From NCBI RefSeq assembly GCF_963921235.1, contig NC_086100.1:166408001-166472000 (forward strand): DNA of 64,000 bases, given 5' to 3'. Below, piece by piece: positions 53,151 to 64,000 of this stretch; within the stretch, counting starts at the first letter, position 1, and every line of letters starts with the position of its first letter. This DNA is from Mobula hypostoma (Eukaryota). Under the pieces are notes generated by a model, which saw only the letters and a list, made by a program, of their open reading frames with translations, was not told where the DNA came from and ran no database searches. A program made the position numbers and the translations under genes.

Positions 53151-53635
53151 ACCAAAACTCTCATTACCAAAATACTGTGAAAGCAGCATTTGCCATGAGC
53201 TATATAAAAATATATACAAAACTAAAAAAAACACATGACAAACAGTTTAGCACAGAGTTGAGGTAGTATTTTAAGGGAGAAGAAAGCAAGCTAGAAGGCG
53301 GAGAAGTTAGTTAAAGGGAATACAGGAATTTAGGTTGGGACAGCTGTAAGTATAGTCAACAATGGAAACAATTGCAAAGCAGCCAAAATCAAAAGCTTTG
53401 AAGAGTTTTAAGGGCCAGCGGAGCCTACAAACAGAGCAAATGGAGGCACTGGAAAAAAGAAAAGAATTTCAGAATCAAGTAGCCATACTCTTCCACTGGC
53501 ACAGATTAACTTGTAAAATGGTGATACAGTACTTTCTATTCGTGTGATATACTTTAATGTAATTAGTTCATGGAGCAACAGACAATCTACTGGAAGAACT
53601 TAAGGGGGTCAGTGAGACAAAAGGAATTGTTAGTA

Positions 53636-53957
53636 CAAGGGGGTGATCGATAAGCTTGTGGCCTAAGGTAGAAGGAGTCAATTTTAGAAAACCTAGCACA
53701 TTTATTTTTCAACATAGTCCCCTCCTACATGTACACACTTAGTCCAGCGGTCGTGGAGCATACGGATCCCTTCTTTGTAGAAGTGGTCCACAGCAGGGGT
53801 GATTGATAAGTTCATGGCCTAAGGTAGAAGGAGATGAGTTATACAGCTCTCGTTACATGCACATGCAGTTCAACTGTTTGAGTGAAAATGCAGAAAGTTT
53901 GAAGTTAATAACTCATCTCCTTCTACCTTAGGCCACAAACTTATCAATCATCCCTGG
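53636..53957. mobile_element. Mariner-derived MITE (322 bp) with three TIR copies
   Basis: TA at 53634-53635 and 53958-53959. TIR ggggtgattgataagtttgtggcctaaggtagaaggag occurs at ~53636, ~53794 (direct) and inverted ending at 53957. Confidence 0.85.
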
Positions 53958-55059
53958 TATTTCAAGACTGAGAATAGAGAGGTGAGATGGCTGGTGTAAG
54001 GAGGAGACACAAGGGACTGCAGAAGCTGGAATCTGGAGCACCGTCTCACATTGGGAAGGTCAACAAAGAGTTAGCATCTCCAATAGTTGAATAGAGAGGG
54101 GAAAAAAACACCATTTTCATTTATGTTTCCTTGTGAATTCAGAGCTGAGGCAAACTCTCTCTGCTGATTCGGTAATGATGGAGTTACATTCATCCTGGAC
54201 TACTTCTAGCTAGCTCACTAAAGGAAACCCTTAATCAGAGTCCGGGTGTATTGTAAACAGTTCTGTAATCTGAGGAGAGTGAAACGTGTAAATATGTTTT
54301 GCTATGAATCATCTGGGATAATGAAATTCTTTCTAATTTGATTGGACTTGTCAGACACAATTGCAATGAAACTCCATTATTACCCAAGTCTCAACTAAAC
54401 CTGGAAGGCTTTTGCTTCAGTAATTCAAAGTTAGTGTTGAGTTTATTGCTCAAGGATCTGCACAGATGCAATGAAAAACTGATTTGTACTGGCTTCACAG
54501 GCACATAGCATCATATAAGCAACATTCACAATTATATACAATTTTTGAAAAAATAATCACAATTAGAACAAAAATAAAGTCCATGTTAGTGCAAAGTAGT
54601 TGAAGTGGTTATAGCGTTGCTAAACTGTAGTGATTTGGGTTTTGCTGGTTGGTTCAAGAACCCAATAGTTGAAGGGGTGTAGCTATGCTTGTCTCTGGTC
54701 GTGCAGAACTTCAGGCTTCTGAACCTTCACTTTTGCTCGATGGTAGATGTGATAAAATGGCATGGTGGGAATTTTTGACCAAGCAGCGCCTCCTGTAGAC
54801 ACCACCCATGTTGGGGAGGCAGGTGCCCGTTATGTAATTTGATTTCCCTAAAATATTTACTGGGAACTTACAACTAAATTAGTACGGTCCTGTAAAATCT
54901 ACTGTGCTATAGAACACAGAGCATAGAACAGTACAGCAGAGCCCTATAGCCTATGATTCTGTCCAATCTTTTAATTTTTAATGTATTTATTTACTTTTTA
55001 AGATATAACATGGAACAGAAGCCTCCAGCCTTTCAAGCCCAGCAATCCCCCAATTTAAT

Positions 55060-55268
55060 CTGAGGGTAATTATGAGACAACTTAAACAACCAATTAACCT
55101 ACCCAACCAGTATGACTTTGGACTGTGGGAGGAAACTGGAGCACCTGGAAGAAACCCATGCAGTCACGGGGAGAATGTACTAATTCCTTACAGGCTGCGG
55201 CGGGAATTGAACCCGGGTCGCCTGTATTGTAAAGCATTGTGCTAATCACTACACTACCATGCCACCCT
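55060..55268 (-). mobile_element. V-SINE (HE1-like)
   Basis: Box A/B head ggtggcatggtagtgtagtg...ccgggttcaattccc and V-domain ttctccccgtgactgcatgggtttcttccaggtgctccagtttcctcccacagtccaaag. Confidence 0.85.
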
Positions 55269-55459
55269 ACTCTAAAGTCAACCTAATCCTTCCCTCCTAC
55301 GTAGCACCCCCCCCCCCAACTTTCTGTCATCAATGTGCCTGATGTTTCTTAAATGCCCGTAATGTATCTACCCCTGGCAGGGCATTTCACACACTTACCA
55401 CTGAAGAACATACCTCTAACATCACCCCCACCCCCGCACAGTTTCCTCCAGTCACCTTA

Positions 55460-56320
55460 ATCATCAAGTTTGCTGTTGATACTACAGAGGTTGGCCTCAT
55501 CGGCAACAAGGATGAGGCGGAAATAGAGAGGTCTGACAAGTTGTGCGAGAACAACAGCCTGAGTCTCAACACGGACAAGACGAAAGAGATGATTATGGAC
55601 CTCAGGAAAGCGCAGTTCGACCATTCTTCATTGTACATCAATGGCTCTGCCGTGGAGAGAATGAAGGCACAAAGTTCCTTGGTGTGCAGATAATGGACCT
55701 ACAATACCCCCTCGCCAGTCAAGAAGGCACGGCGGCATCTACACTTTCTGAGGAAGGTTCCCTGTCCCATTCTAACAACTTTCTACAGGGGAAATACTGA
55801 GAGCGTCCTGTCTAACTGCATCATTAGGTGGTACGGAGGCTGCAAGACCAGTGACCGCAAGACCCCCAAAGAAGGTAGTTAAAACTGCCAAGAAGATCAC
55901 CAGGGTCTCCTCCACCCTGTTTTGTGACATTTACCGAGAGTGTTGCAAACAAAGGGCCCATATCACCCATCCCACTATCTCTTTGACCCACTGTCGTCAG
56001 GAAGGAGGTACAGAAGTATCAGGACTAGGACTGCCGATTGGGTAACAACTTCTTCCCTCGGACTGTGAGATTAATGAATACCCTGCCACCATCGAGGTCT
56101 CGACACTGGGCGGTTTACCGTTTATTGTACCGTTTGCTGTTTACGTATGCTGCGCACTACATGTATTTTGAATTATATCTAATGAACCTGTTTATAGTAA
56201 TATTTTGATTTATGCGCTGTGTGTGATACGTGTTTTGAGGGTGCATTGTAGTCTGGAGAGACATTGTTTCATTTGGTTGTGTATAGGTACAGTCAGCTGA
56301 CAATAAACTTGAACTTGAAT
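55460..56320 (+). mobile_element. Rex1/Babar 3' portion
   Basis: KFAVDTT..GLI, NNSLSLNTDKTKEMIMD, KFLGV, FYRG motifs and (cttgaa)n tail. Confidence 0.8.
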
Positions 56321-56629
56321 GTAAAAAAAACTTAAAATTATGCCTTCTTGTATTAGCCATTTCCACCCTGGGAAAGAGTCATGAATCATCCTTAGAAATA
56401 TTTAATCCCCTAAGGCAGGTTCTCAGAGTTACCGGAACGTATACTATGCATCAGTAGTAAAACTCCCAGAGCCCTAACAGATGCAAGTACATAAATCAGT
56501 TAATAGGACTGCAATGATTTCTTAGCTTTAAACCATCTAAACTTTATAGATCAACTCCACTGTCACTTCATTCCTTTATCTTCGAGTGGCATTGTGTAAT
56601 TGTTTGCTCAGAAGAATTTTGCTTGTGTG

Positions 56630-57055
56630 GCAACTTTCACAGCCTTGGTACATCCCACAGGACTTGCTGAGCTCCTCCAGCATTGTGTGCAAGTTTTACA
56701 ACCAGTGAAGTACTTTTGAAGGGCAGGCAAAGATAGGGAATGTGTCAGCCAGTTCTGTGTAAGCAATGTGATAGCCATTTTTCCTGATATTGATTGAAGG
56801 ATAAATATTTGTCAGGTCACTAGAGTCAGGGTTACTATCAGTGACGTTGTTGTTGTCAAATTTGTTGTTTTGTGGCAGCAGTACAGTGCAATACATAAAA
56901 TATGCAGTGAAAAACTTGGCCACTCTTCAAAATTATTTTATGGAATTTAATATCTCATCCAAGAGTTTGTAGCTCCAACAGTACAGAATCCCTAAGCACT
57001 GGAAGTGAGAGCCTGGACTTTTCAGCTTTACTTTCTGGACTGGAAAATGAATAAA
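56630..57055 (-). mobile_element. Ancient DeuSINE remnant, interrupted
   Basis: ttttacaaccagtgaagtacttttgaag...ttgattgaaggataaatatttgtcagg resembles the Deu-domain reverse complement. Confidence 0.55.
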
Positions 57056-58375
57056 AGACACTATTAAGGGGACTAACCCTGAACTTAATCCTAACCCCAA
57101 CTCTAATCTCCAACCCTAATCTTAATACACCGCAAGTAAAGAAACCTTCCACACAATTTATTTCCTATTGCTGATAACTTGCTTATTTTCGGGCATGTAG
57201 TTTTTTGGAAGTTTAAACTGAATTGCATCAAATCTTCCTCTGCCAAGAAAATTGCACCAACTCGATGATGAGGAAATCTGCAGATGCTGGAAATCAAACC
57301 AAAGTGGTGGAGGAAATTAATAGGCCAGACAGCATCTACAGAAAAGAGCAAACAGTTAACATTTCGGACTGAGAGCCTTCAACTTCCTTAGTTTGTCCTT
57401 ACAACTGAAAGCTTTCCCGCTACCATTATTTTTGATTTTCTTGCTTCATAAGTGGCTGAAACTTTCTACTTAGGATCAGACCTGGATTTACCCAACAATA
57501 CACAAACATTATATTTGATCTGCTAATACAAGCCAGCACCTTATTTGCTTTGTGCAACTGCAGATACATGCTGTGCAAATACGTTCACTGAGTACTGCTT
57601 CCATTTTGCACTCGGGTTCCAGCATAGTTCATTGAACTATGGTTAGTTAAATAACTGGGGATTTACAAATACAAGCCACAAAATGACATTCTCATGGTTA
57701 TCTTTTATAAACTTGACGATACCTCTTCCCATCCTGTCTCCAGTAAACTGCCATTCCCCTTTCTCAGTTCCTTCGTCTCCACTGTATCTGTTCCCAAGGA
57801 TGAGGTTTACTTTTCCAGGACATTAGAGATGTCCTCCTTCTTCAAAGAATGGGGTTTCCCTTCTCCCACTGTTGATGCTGCCCTCACCCGCATCCCCTCC
57901 ATTTCATCAACATCCACGCTCACCCCATCTTTCTATGTGTTCGTCCATTGTCGACGTCGATGAGGACCTCAACACCATTATGATGGTGTCGAGACCAGCA
58001 CGTGATGTGGATTTAAGTGAGGGAGAGTTGCGCAGCGTCAGCCTCACTCTCTCTTCCCAATTCCCATCTGGATCCAGTGGCAAGACAGAGTCTAGACGGC
58101 TGGAGATGGGACTAGGCGCAGTGGATGACCAGGATTTCTTCTGTGTCTTGTCCTGCTCTACATGTTCCACGACGCTTGCAGAGACCGCCTTCTTGACCGT
58201 TAGACCTTCCATTGGTCTCGTCCGCTCAATCCGCCGGAGTCTGTCTTCACATGCTGGGATAGACAACTCCCTATCTCACCGAGGGTTTGAGACCCTCCGG
58301 CTACCCTCACCTGGTTTAGCCGGCTTGTCGAAGCCGTTGCCCAGGGTGTGGCCACTGTCGCATGCAAACAGCTAC

Positions 58376-61300
58376 AGGCAGTCCAAGTGCTGTGCTGAGG
58401 TGGTGCTAGCTAGTCCAGCAGAAATTACAATAGCACCACCAAGAAATTAACTGAAATTTGACATACAAATTGCAGCTGCTTTGCTTTCTCTGTATAGTTT
58501 TCAATACAGCTTGTTTCTCCAGTTGATGTAGTGAAACAACGCCCCCAATTACCATAGCACCCACGCAGCAATAAGGTTATAAACTCTGTGCTGGTCCAAG
58601 GTCGGATCCACTCTTCACTTCTGCTTATTCGTTCATTGTCAATGTCTTGCCATTGCTGTTCTCAGATCAGTTAAGCTGATCTAAGATCACCTAAGGTGGT
58701 GATGTCACTCACTCTCACACGCGAGAGATTGATAGTATACATACATTGTGCATGATCCAGGCGCAGATCCGTGGTCTCGCGAGTCTAACGGATGCCACAC
58801 ACACACACACTGTGCTTTTACAAGCTAGCGTGGGCCTGGCACGTGCATTATTTTGGCCGGTGTGAAAAATGAATCAATTTTTAGTGAGAAAACGACCTCA
58901 TCCAGAGGAATCAGTGGTATCTCAGCCTGAGCCTGTCTTAATTGAAAGTGACATGCAGAAAGAAGTAAGTGGGTCTGAGGATGACTGCAGTATATTGAAG
59001 GAGTGTGAGGGCGAAGCAGAGGAAGAAGAAATGGAGCGGGATTCGGAAGAGAACATGCATGAAGCTGCTTTTAGTGCTAGTGGGAATACTGTTGGAGATG
59101 TTAGCCAGCAGCCTGAGGAAGGACCCCATCGACCAGCATTGAAAATGTACCCTTCGCTGCTCGCATCAGTTTGGCAATCAGCAAAGGAGTTTTATTTGTG
59201 GCTGGTTTGACCTGTACTCCTGGCTGAAATACTCGATCACGAAAGATACTACGTTCTGCTTCGCATGCAGGCATTTCCTGTGTGGAGGTCATGGGTTCCA
59301 TTCTGAGTCTACCTTCACTGTCACCGGTTACCGCAACTGGCGGAAAGCTACAACAGCTTTCAAAACCCACCATGTATGTGCAGCTCATAAGTTTGCTAAG
59401 AGGCATGGGCTGAATTCAGATTGAGGAAACAAGATGGTTCAAGATTGGGAAATATGCTTGATAAAGGACATGCAAAGATTGTCCAAGAAAATCATGAGTA
59501 TATGAGAGCAGTGAACGAGTCTCCACACTATACTGCGTGCCAAGGCATTGCCCAGTGAGGACACAGGCAGGATGATGGATCTGGCAATAGGGGAAACTTT
59601 GCTGAGTTGCTCAGTGTAATTGGACAGTTTGATAAGATTGTAGCTAAAAACATAGAGGACAATCCTTGAAATGCAAACAACACCCATCACGACATCCAAA
59701 ATGAAATTATGGTTATTATGGCAGCTATGCTCAGATGTCAAATAAGTGCAGAAATCAAGGAGGCTGGACATTTTGCCATCATGGTGGATGAAAGTAAAGA
59801 CTTGAGTGAAAAGGAGCAAATATCAGTGGTGGTGCGGTATTTGAATAACGAAACAGTGCTTGAAGAATTCTTGCACTTCACTCCAGCAGAAGGGTTGGAC
59901 ACAGAGTCGCTTCTTAAAAGCATTGAACAGACACTCGCCCAGTGTGTTATTGATAAGAACGCGTGTCTGGGTCAGTGTTATGACGGGGTGGCAGTGATGT
60001 TCGGGTGCAATAACGGGGTACAAGAGAGGTTCAGGAAAGAGGTCCCGCAGGCATTACATATGCACTGCCATGCTCACAGACTTAACCTTGTTTTAGTGGA
60101 TGTTGCGAGCAGTGTACAACAAGCAGGCGGGTGAGTTTTTTGAAACTGTGCAACTGCTTTACAACTTCTTTTCAAACTCTGTTGCCCACAATTTTGTCAT
60201 GAAGAAACAGAGAGAACTGGAATCAACTGCACAGCCCGTGGAGTTGAAGAAATTGTCAGACATATGCTGGGCATGGCGGTATACAGCTTTGTGGGCTATA
60301 AGGAAATCACTCCCTGCCATTCTAGCTACACTGCAGGATATTATGGGTCAACCAAATGCATGGAGAAAATGGAGGCCAGAGCTGTAAATGGACTGATTGA
60401 CGAGCAGTTTGCTTTACTTCTCACTCTGTTTGAGGATTTATTCCCAGTCACCAAGTTCATGTCAGACCAGCTACAATCTCCCAGTTTGGAGCTTTCATCC
60501 GCTGTGGACTTGGTTCAGTCTGTTATCAACGCACTCTCAGCAAAACGGGGAGAGGAATCACGGAGTGAAATTCAGGCAAGAGCTCGGGACCTGTGCATCA
60601 AGGCCGGTAGACAGAGCAGACCACATGAAAGGAGACAGGCCCAGCCATCCCGCCACCTACATGATTTTGTTGTTGAGACCCAAACTGAACGTACACCTGT
60701 CACATCCTCTGATGACCTTCACAAGCACTGTTTCTACCTGGTTATAGACAGACTTCTGACTGAAATGAAGAGACGGTTCTCAATTGAGACTGGGGGTGTT
60801 CCGACTGGAGTCTCAGCATTGAGTCCCAAACACAAGTTCTTCCTAGACAAGAATTGTCTTTGGCCAATGGCCCAATACTATGGAGTGACTGAAGTGAACC
60901 TGACTGCAGAGCTACATCAGGTTCGGCGTCTGCTGGAATCAAAACAAAAGGAAGAACAAGACAGTGAATGACACAATGGAATTTCTAGCTCGAATCAGAC
61001 CCGACCGCGATACATTTATAGATTTATACAACTAATCTGCATATCACTAACTCTACCTGTGACATCTGCCTCATGCAAACGGAGTTTCTCTTGCCTCAGG
61101 CGCCTCAAAACCTACCCAAGGAATAGCAGCGGCGATGCTTGGAACAGCAACTTGGCCCTGTTGGCCATAAACAGCCGGAGGACCAAAGCACTTGACGTCC
61201 AGAAAATCATTGATGCTTTCACCACCAGTCACAACAACAGACGGATTGTACTTCTTTGAAAGCATCAATGGTGAGTGCAGTTGATTTTTTTAAAAAATTT

Positions 61301-61993
61301 GGGCCAAGACTAATGCTGATTGTTATTATTATTTTGTGGCGGATACCCCATAGTCCTTATGTTTCCTGCAAATCCTAAAATATTACATTTACTGCTATTA
61401 AGCCTAGTGGTTTTGCTTAGACTTCCAAGCAGTGATTCTGTTGATTTTTGTTTTAAATTCAGTAGCCAAATTAATTGAGGTATTACATGGTCAGAGTACG
61501 ATTTGTCCAACTCCTGGTAAAGCCTTGCATCTGTTAATAAGCCTTGCCCTATTTGACTTTAATAACGGTGTATCTTTTGGTATTGTCTGTCTATGTAATG
61601 CGAATAGCAGTGGACATTGTGGGTTAGTGTTGTGTTTTTCAGTTGAAAAGCATGCATTTGATGCTGATTGCGGGATTGGTGCGTGAGTCACGTTGTGTGC
61701 TGTGGGTTGGATGCTCTGTTGGTTTGTTTGTTTATGCTCTGTATAGCTCGGGTTGTCTCTGATGCTGTTGACACTGTCACAGGACACTTCTATATTATAT
61801 CTATCAATTGCTGTTGCTTGTGAATCAACAGAGACATTTATAGTAGGCACATAATGCCTGAATCTGACTTTTGAATGCCACGCGTCTGGCCTTGCGAGTA
61901 CATATTACCATACAGTACATTCCTCAGCACCATCACTGAATAATTCAGCCCCACTGTAGCACCAGCAAGAAAAAATCTCTGGCGCCGCTGCTG
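58376..61993 (+). mobile_element. hAT DNA transposon, inactivated; left TIR apparently lost
   Basis: Transposase remnants inside; right end ...ctctggcgccgctgctg; subterminal AGCACC/GGTGCT repeats at both ends. Confidence 0.85.
58869..61259 (+). pseudogene. hAT transposase pseudogene (TTF zinc finger / ZMYM1-like type)
   Basis: WLKYS...FCFACRHF, DESKDLS..EQISVVVRY, GQCYDG, HCHAHRLNL, SASCKRSFSCLRRLKTY (dimerisation domain); multiple stops and frameshifts. Confidence 0.9.
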
Positions 61994-64000
61994 GGGGAGC
62001 CACAGGTGAGAGCTGAGTGCCAGGTGGGGACCAAAGGTGGACTAGCGGCCTTGAAAAGTACGCGACATGTTCCCCCACCAGAGCTGCTACCCCTCCCTGA
62101 CACTCCATACACCCCACCCCATCTTTCTATTGCCTTAACAAGGACAGAGTTCCCTTTGTCCTCACCTACTATCATGAGCCTCTGCATCCAATACATCATT
62201 CACCACAACTTCCTGCCATCTTCAACAGGATCCTACCACTAAACATATTTTAATTCTGCCCCCCCCCCCACCACCACCATCAGCACTTTCGGCTTTCCAC
62301 TGGGATCGTTATTTCCATATTTTCCTTATCCATTCGTCCCACCCCAATAATCTCCCTCCTGGCACCTATCCCTGCAAGTAGCAGAAGTGCCTGCCCACTC
62401 ACCTCCTTCAGAGCTCCAAACAGTCCTTTTAGGCTGAGGCAACACTGCACCTGCAAATCTGTTGCGGTCACCTACTGTGTCTGGTGCACCCCTTCTCTAC
62501 ATTGCTGAGTTCTGACGTAGACTGGGGAACTGGTTTGAACCTCTGCTCCATCTGCAAGAAGTAGAATTTTCTGATGGCTAATCATTTTAATTCCTATCCC
62601 CATTCTCATACCGACTTGCTGGCCCAAGGCATTCACTTCTGTCACGATGAGGCCACTTCCTGTTTGAAGGAGCATCACCTCATATTCCGACTATGTAGCT
62701 TCTAACCTGATTACATGAACATTGATTTCTCCAACTTCCAGGTAATTATTTCCCTCATCCTTCCCTCTTCTTCAGTTCCAGTCTGGCCTCCTGCCTCTTC
62801 TCCTCACTTGCCTATCACCTCCTCCTGGTGTCCCTCCTCTACCTCTTTCTCCTAAGGTCCACTCTCCTCTCCTATCAGACTCCTTCTTCCCCAGCCCTTT
62901 GCCTTTTATGCCTATCACCTCCCAGCTTCTTACTTCATCCCCCTCCCCCACACAACTGGCTTCACCTATCACCTTCTAGCCTGTCCTCCTTCTCCTCACC
63001 CAAATCTTCCTATTCTGGCATCTCCCCCTTCCTTTCCAGTCCTGATGAAGAACCTCTGCCCAAAATGTTGGCTGTTTATACAGTTCCATTGAGTTCCTCC
63101 AGAACTTTGTGTGTATTGCTTTGGATTTCCAGTGTCTGCAGAATTTCTTGTGCTTATGGCTTCCTTGATTTTATTTGTTGCATCCTTTTTGAGACCCAGT
63201 AGTTTTGTGACTTGGGGTTGTATCCCTTCATACATTGTCATTGTATTTATCTATCTCAAACACATCTGCCTGAGGCACCACACCTGCAGTACAACTAAAG
63301 TTGATGTCCAGAGTATCTTACAGCTCAGTCAGTTATTTGGGAGCAGAAGCAATCCTTCAACAGCTGGAGAAAGACTTTAGAGCCTAAGGCTCTGAGGACT
63401 CATGATCTCGCATTACAGTGGCTGCACCTTGTTAGGTGGATCCAACTGAGATTGGTCCAACTTAACCTTCTTCTGTTTTCACTATCGTCACCTGAGTAAA
63501 ATCATTTCACCAGAAATAACATTCTTTGATCCCAAGAAAGTGCCCAGAAAGCTTTGAAACTCTTACTAAATACTACATTTGTCTTTCTCTTCTCTATCCT
63601 TACAATGTAGAGAGCTCGGCCGACCCTTACTGGCCTTTTCCCAGAACGTGAATCCCAACAACCACACTCTTGTCATTGCTCCAGTAACTCATGACATTAG
63701 CTCTCTTGGCCAACAAAATGCCAACTTTCAGTACCTGATCCTTGGTAGAAAATCAAACCTTTATCTCATATTCATTATTTTCAGTAACTAATGAACGAAG
63801 GTTAATGAGAAAATTAACAAAGTTTTAATATACTTTAATTACTCCTCTGATGTTGCTCATCCTATTATCCCACAGATTAATCCTCAAATCCTGTTGATTC
63901 CTTTTCTGGCTGCCATCCCAGTTGGTGAGTTACATAACTTCTTACAATGAATACATTATTCCCTCCCTAATAATACACTTTTCACTAATTAAACCACTTT

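Larger units (their letters stand above)
57937..62115 (-). mobile_element. ~560-bp non-autonomous RTE/Vingi-like retroelement (62115-61994 + 58375-57937) with 5' HDV-like ribozyme fold
   Basis: TSD ACCCCATCTTTCTAT (57922-57936 / 62116-62130). The halves join into one nested pseudoknot; CpG-rich, so apparently young. Confidence 0.8.
57760..63160 (+). mobile_element. Penelope element 3' half, split into 57760-57936 and 62116-63160 by nested insertions
   Basis: PFSQFLRL...MSSFFKEWGFP, then GIY-YIG region, CT-rich tract and hammerhead core cagtcCTGATGAag at 63037-63074. Confidence 0.8.

Noticed and set aside
55195-55268. tRNA gene
   Set aside because: Box A/B sequence is the head of a V-SINE and runs directly into the V-domain; no full cloverleaf.
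57066-57126. Interstitial telomeric repeat
   Set aside because: Only a short, highly degenerate CCCTAA-like run; indistinguishable from a decayed simple repeat.
57872-58450. 192-aa and 119-aa overlapping ORFs
   Set aside because: They cross TE junctions or read through a GC-rich non-coding element and show no protein motifs.
58869-61259. Host ZMYM1-like or domesticated transposase gene
   Set aside because: Many stops and frameshifts, intronless, and inserted inside another retroelement.
1-64000. CRISPR array, rRNA or prokaryotic operon
   Set aside because: No regularly spaced repeat-spacer structure, rRNA similarity or gene-dense organisation; the sequence is vertebrate intronic/intergenic DNA.

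Overview
Repeat-rich vertebrate genomic DNA. The repeat complement (CR1, Rex1/Babar, Penelope, HE1-type V-SINEs, DeuSINEs) suggests a cartilaginous fish, probably a ray; this is inference. The only host coding sequence recognised is the first coding exon of tetraspanin TSPAN5 on the minus strand (44054-43974, GT donor), so 1-43973 is most likely its long first intron and >44054 is 5'UTR, promoter and upstream DNA. The rest is mostly mobile DNA: a 4.9-kb two-LTR Gmr1-type Gypsy element with a stripped-down pol, a related solo LTR, decayed Tc1 and hAT transposons, a three-TIR mariner MITE, a Hero-clade LINE fragment, and many CR1, Rex1, Penelope and SINE pieces, often nested. The most interesting signals are RNA structures in retroelements. 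Two unrelated short non-autonomous elements begin with an HDV-like self-cleaving ribozyme fold carrying an extra hairpin near L3, and one of these is split by a hAT insertion. Penelope ends carry decayed minimal hammerhead ribozymes and recur as ~200-bp fold-back units. All alignments and folds were done by eye; boundaries of decayed repeats are approximate.
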